NCBI GenBank assembly: GCA_963666055.2
Contig: CAXWPH010000015.1
Coordinates: forward strand, 1,152,001 to 1,216,000
Direction of reading: 5' to 3'
DNA length: 64,000 nt
Source: Acidobacteriota bacterium
Lineage (GTDB): Bacteria; Acidobacteriota; UBA890; WLXD01
Part shown: in pieces, positions 60,183-64,000 of the stretch
Position numbering within the stretch: the stretch's first letter is position 1
Layout: every line of letters starts with the position of its first letter
Notes under the pieces: model-generated
Told to the model about the DNA's origin: nothing
Seen by the model: the letters and a program-made list of their open reading frames with translations, nothing else
The model's database searches: none
Made by a program: the position numbers and the translations under genes

Positions 60183-61622
60183 ATGTTGGAGCTCGCGCTC
60201 GAGATCTTGTTGCCGCCGTTCGTGGCCTGCCTCGTGCTGACAGGGATTCACACTTACCTCGGGCTGCACGTGGTGGCGCGCGGCGTGATCTTCGTGGACT
60301 TGGCGCTGGCGCAGGTCGCCGCGCTGGGTGCGACCTTCGCTTTCCTGCTCGGGTACGATGCCGCCGGCACGGGCGGCTACCTGTACTCGCTGGCCTTTGC
60401 TTTTGTTGGCGCCACGGTCTTCTCGCTGTCGCGACTCAAGGACCAACGCGTTCCTCAAGAGGCGATCATCGGGATCACGTTCGCGGTTGCGAGCGCGGCG
60501 ACGATCCTCATCGCGGATCGCGCTCCCGAGGGGTCCGAGCTGATCCAAGCCATACTCGCCGGCAGCCTGCTGTGGGTCCCGTGGAGCAAGATTCTTGGCA
60601 CCGCCGCTATCTACGCGGTCATCGGCGCGTTCCACTGGAGGTACCGCGACCGTTTCCTGGCGCTGTCGATGAACCCGGCTCAGGCTGAAGCGTCGGGATG
60701 GAACGTGAGGCTGTGGGACTTCCTGTTCTACATGTCGTTCGGGTTCGTGATCACCTCGAGCGTGTCGATGGCCGGCGTGCTGCTGGTGTTCTCGTTTCTG
60801 GTGATTCCCGCGGTGATTGCCATGCTGTTCGCCACGCAGATACGGTCCCGGCTGATGATCGGCTGGGCCACCGGAACGCTGGTGAGCGTGATCGGCCTGG
60901 CGCTTTCGTATGCCTACGATCTGCCAAGCGGACCGGCCGTCGTCGGTGTGTTTGGCGTGGCCATGGCGCTGGCAGCTACGGTTCGTTATACGGCCAGTGC
61001 GGCGCGGCCTGCCGCGGCGCTGGCGCGTGTCGGAATCGTCGCGATGGCGGCGCTGATCGCCGTCGTAGTAGCTGTCCGCACGGCGCCGATCAGCGCCGTC
61101 GGGCCGGTGACCGGAGGCGCGGGAAGCACCACCAGCCCGGTTGCCGACTCCGCGGCGCCGGCGAGCGGCGCGGAGCGCGTCACCGACGCGTTGGCCGAAT
61201 TGCGCAACAGTAGTGGCACCGCCACCCAGGTGGTGAGCGCCATCGCCGAGTCGGGCGTCGATATCCACGAGCTCATGTCCTCTGGCTTGGTGAGCTTCAC
61301 CGAAGACGACGTTGCGGCGCTGCGCGAGGTTCCCGGAGCCGACGCGTTGAGCGTGCTGCACGAGATTGCCTTTCACGCCCCCGACGCGTGGGCTCGGTTG
61401 CGCGCCGCGGAGCACCTGGTGACTCAGGCCGGCACGCTTGGCGACGACGCGCTCCTGCAGCTCATGGTGGGAGACAATCCCGCGCTGCTGAAGGCCGAGG
61501 CCAACGAGGCCCTGGAGGCGGCGACCGGTCAGGACTTCGCCTTCGACCCGCTGGCTCCCGACCGGCAGGCGGAGGCCATCGCCCGCTGGCGCGCCTGGCT
61601 CATTGCCAACCCCAGCCGTTGA
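60183..61622 (+). CDS. Metal ABC permease (ZnuB/ABC-3 family) with a C-terminal helical HEAT-like extension
   Basis: YLGLHVVARGVIFVDLALAQ, GVLLVFSFLVIP and DLPSGP; about 160-aa soluble tail ending ALEAATGQDF..W..W. Confidence 0.85.
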   Translation: MLELALEILLPPFVACLVLTGIHTYLGLHVVARGVIFVDLALAQVAALGATFAFLLGYDAAGTGGYLYSLAFAFVGATVFSLSRLKDQRVPQEAIIGITFAVASAATILIADRAPEGSELIQAILAGSLLWVPWSKILGTAAIYAVIGAFHWRYRDRFLALSMNPAQAEASGWNVRLWDFLFYMSFGFVITSSVSMAGVLLVFSFLVIPAVIAMLFATQIRSRLMIGWATGTLVSVIGLALSYAYDLPSGPAVVGVFGVAMALAATVRYTASAARPAAALARVGIVAMAALIAVVVAVRTAPISAVGPVTGGAGSTTSPVADSAAPASGAERVTDALAELRNSSGTATQVVSAIAESGVDIHELMSSGLVSFTEDDVAALREVPGADALSVLHEIAFHAPDAWARLRAAEHLVTQAGTLGDDALLQLMVGDNPALLKAEANEALEAATGQDFAFDPLAPDRQAEAIARWRAWLIANPSR

Positions 61623-61627
61623 TCTAA

Positions 61628-62971
61628 TTCTCGCTGAATCGCGTCGCCAAGATCCTCTGCTCGGCGGTCTTCGTCTCGGGGCGCGAGCTGGATGAGGCGC
61701 TGCACAACAGCGCTCGCCGAATTCTCCCGGAGGCTGACTGGCAGCGGCTGGCGGGGCGCTCGGAAGGAGACTCCGACGCGGAGGTCAGCATCGACTGGAA
61801 TGCCCGTGCGGTGCGCGCCACGCTGCACGGCTTTAGCGGGCGCGCGAAGCACCATGGCGACCAGGGCTGCGTGATCCTGCCGACCGGGCTGGATGAGGTG
61901 TTCTTCAAGACCGTGACCGTCGAGAGCTCGCTGCCGGATCCCGCGCACCAGCCATGGCCGATGGGCAACCGACTCCCCGATCTGCCGCCGTTCCCGGCGC
62001 TGGATCAGGCGAAGGTGCAGCAGGCGGTCGATGCCGCGTTCCAGGGCGACGGGCTGACCGCCGCGTTCGTGGCCGTCCACAAGGGAAAGATCATCGCCGA
62101 GCGCTACGGGCAGGGTGCGAACAAGAACACCCAGCTGGAGAGCTGGTCGATGGGCAAGAGCCTCACAGCCACGCTGGTCGGAGTCCTGATCCAACAGGGC
62201 CACCTGAGCCTGGACGGTCCGGCGCCGGTGCGCCTGTGGCACGAAGACACGGCAGATCCACGCGGCCAAATCACCATCAGCGACCTGATGCGCATGAGCT
62301 CCGGCTTGCGGTTTAGCCATGCGAGTCAGCCGGCCTACGAGTGGGGCCGCGGCGTCCCCGACCACCTCTACGTCTACGCGGCGGCGATCGACGCGTTCAA
62401 CCTTTCGATCACGCGACCCGCCGAGTTTCCGCCGGGCTCCGTCGGCCGCTATCGCAACTCCGATCCGCTGACCTTGGGGTACATCATCCGACAAACCGTG
62501 GAGAGCCTCGGATACAACTACTTGTCCTGGCCACAAGCTGCTCTGTTCGATCGCATAGGCATTCGCAAGCAGGTGCTCGAGACCGACGCGTATGGAAACT
62601 TCCTTCTCACGGGCCACGACTACGGCACCGGGAGGAACTGGGCACGCCTCGGTTTGCTGTACCTGCAGGACGGCGTCTGGGAAGGCGAGCGGATCCTGCC
62701 CGAGGGGTGGGTGGAGTTCGTGAGCACGCCGGCGCCCGCCTGGGACCCTCCGGTGTATGGCGGGCTCTTCTGGATCAACAGCGACGGCCGTTGGAATGTG
62801 CCGCGGAGCGCGTACTACATGAGCGGAGCCGGCGGCCAGCAGGTCATCATCGTGCCCACCCACGATCTGGTGGTTGCCCGACTGGGTCACTCACGAGGAA
62901 GCGCGGCCGGGCAGGCGGCGCTCAACGTGGCTGTCGGGAAGTTGATCGAAGCGATCGAGAGGTCGCTGTAG
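61628..62971 (+). CDS. Serine hydrolase (beta-lactamase-like), apparently 5'-truncated
   Basis: SWSMGKS (SxxK), YRN and WARLGLLYL; the frame extends upstream of GTG 61811 through AKILCSAVFVSGR to an in-frame TAA at 61625 without ATG/GTG/TTG. Confidence 0.75.
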   Translation, partial: FSLNRVAKILCSAVFVSGRELDEALHNSARRILPEADWQRLAGRSEGDSDAEVSIDWNARAVRATLHGFSGRAKHHGDQGCVILPTGLDEVFFKTVTVESSLPDPAHQPWPMGNRLPDLPPFPALDQAKVQQAVDAAFQGDGLTAAFVAVHKGKIIAERYGQGANKNTQLESWSMGKSLTATLVGVLIQQGHLSLDGPAPVRLWHEDTADPRGQITISDLMRMSSGLRFSHASQPAYEWGRGVPDHLYVYAAAIDAFNLSITRPAEFPPGSVGRYRNSDPLTLGYIIRQTVESLGYNYLSWPQAALFDRIGIRKQVLETDAYGNFLLTGHDYGTGRNWARLGLLYLQDGVWEGERILPEGWVEFVSTPAPAWDPPVYGGLFWINSDGRWNVPRSAYYMSGAGGQQVIIVPTHDLVVARLGHSRGSAAGQAALNVAVGKLIEAIERSL

Positions 62972-63025
62972 GCCACGGAGGGTGGTGAAGAACTCTGGTG
63001 CGTCTGGCAAGAAGGGACAGATCAC

Positions 63026-63051
63026 GGCGGGAGTCGTCGTCGACTCCCGCC
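63026..63051. terminator. Hairpin between convergent genes
   Basis: Perfect 11-bp stem GGCGGGAGTCG/CGACTCCCGCC with a 4-nt loop; no U-tract. Confidence 0.5.
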
Positions 63052-63083
63052 ACGGTTCCCCATCGTCGCCCCGAGCTCAACCC

Positions 63084-63737
63084 TCAGGACACGGATCGCG
63101 TCCTTGCCCCGCCTACCGCAGCCTGCCGGCTATAGTCGAGCGCGTAGAGCACGTAAGCCGGGTAGATCCCGGTGCCCTGGGAGCCGGAGATCGTGTAGTT
63201 GTTGCGGCCCGTACCCCGAGACACGAAGGCGATCTCCACCCGCCCGGTGACGCTGCTGAAGCCCTTGTCCTCGGCGTGGGCGCCGAACGTGAAGTAGGTC
63301 CAGACGACCCCGGTGCCGGAGCCGATGGGCCGCACGCGATCCGGCAGCCCGAGCGTTACCGCGATGCGTCCGCGGTCCGACTTCCAGCCGCGGAACGGCG
63401 TGTCCCGGTATCTGGTGTTGGCATGGGCGACGCGCTCGTAGAACGCATCCTTGAACGGCCTCCCCTGGTCGCCGGGTTCGTTTTCACGACGCTCCCAGAA
63501 TCGGGCGATGAAGGAGGCGCGCTGGTCGGTGGTCGCCAGCTCGTTCCAGGTGTCGCTCTCCTCGTCGAGAATCAGGTACTCGGCTGGTCCGTCCAGCCAT
63601 CGGTCAGAGTCGCTCTCGTAGTAAGCCATCGCCGCGGCGCCCGTTGTCGGGTACTCGTCGCGCGCGGCTGCCGGCGCCGCCGGGGGCAGCGCAAGGATCA
63701 GGGCCACTGTCAGGGCGGTCGCGGTCGGAACTCTCAT
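63084..63737 (-). CDS. GWxTD-domain protein
   Basis: Signal peptide; FW..R, ERVAHAN..Y and GWKSDRGRI...LG.PD; AGGAG RBS. Confidence 0.85.
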   Translation of the reverse strand: MRVPTATALTVALILALPPAAPAAARDEYPTTGAAAMAYYESDSDRWLDGPAEYLILDEESDTWNELATTDQRASFIARFWERRENEPGDQGRPFKDAFYERVAHANTRYRDTPFRGWKSDRGRIAVTLGLPDRVRPIGSGTGVVWTYFTFGAHAEDKGFSSVTGRVEIAFVSRGTGRNNYTISGSQGTGIYPAYVLYALDYSRQAAVGGARTRSVS

Positions 63738-64000
63738 GTCTTTCTCCTGTAGCCTCAGATCGGTAGGACCGAACCTCGTCGTCGGGCTCGGCGTTGGGCT
63801 CTACACATGATTTGTCCACGGCTCGCGAGGTGGTTACAAGTAATGTGACTCAACGGCGCCCTGCTGGGGTATCGCCTGGGTCGAGTGATGGGCCTGTTAG
63901 CACCCAGATAGCCCACCTCGATGGCATCTGGCTGGAAACATCCAGCGCCCTGCGGGAGAGCAACATCCGAACCCTGCAGGACCTCACGCTAGTGAACCTG

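Noticed and set aside
59172-61415. 747-aa minus-strand ORF, and similar long antisense ORFs at 6935-8377, 10252-11568, 31402-32706 and 61529-62890
   Set aside because: Shadow frames of well-supported genes in high-GC DNA; no recognisable motifs.

Overview
High-GC bacterial chromosomal segment with no rRNA, tRNA, CRISPR array or transposase. Three ADOP-type duplicated ABC permeases (one beside PadR), a GWxTD protein and a DUF1592-DUF1552-ankyrin trio point to Acidobacteriota (inference, no search run). Main contents: (1) a compact minus-strand lspA - lgt-like - atypical lipoprotein - 871-aa protein cluster (5921-10216); the large protein has a beta-rich, possibly TULIP-like N-terminus and two degenerate thioredoxin folds. 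This is my best candidate for an undescribed system. (2) A complete quinohemoprotein amine dehydrogenase cluster qhpG-A-D-C-B-F-E (11644-20391) whose QhpC has an extra Cys-X5-Asp motif and a 15-residue insertion after the leader. (3) A family of CTAG-bounded, strongly self-complementary MITE-like repeats (3 copies plus 4 fragments) that sit on or just after stop codons. (4) A metal-uptake operon without an ATPase, preceded by a C17 tract. (5) Catabolic and housekeeping genes (prpE, cysE, cysK, TPP decarboxylase pair, hydrolases). Three genes look decayed: an ADOP permease, a DUF3179 gene and a serine hydrolase. All family calls are from motif recognition by eye.
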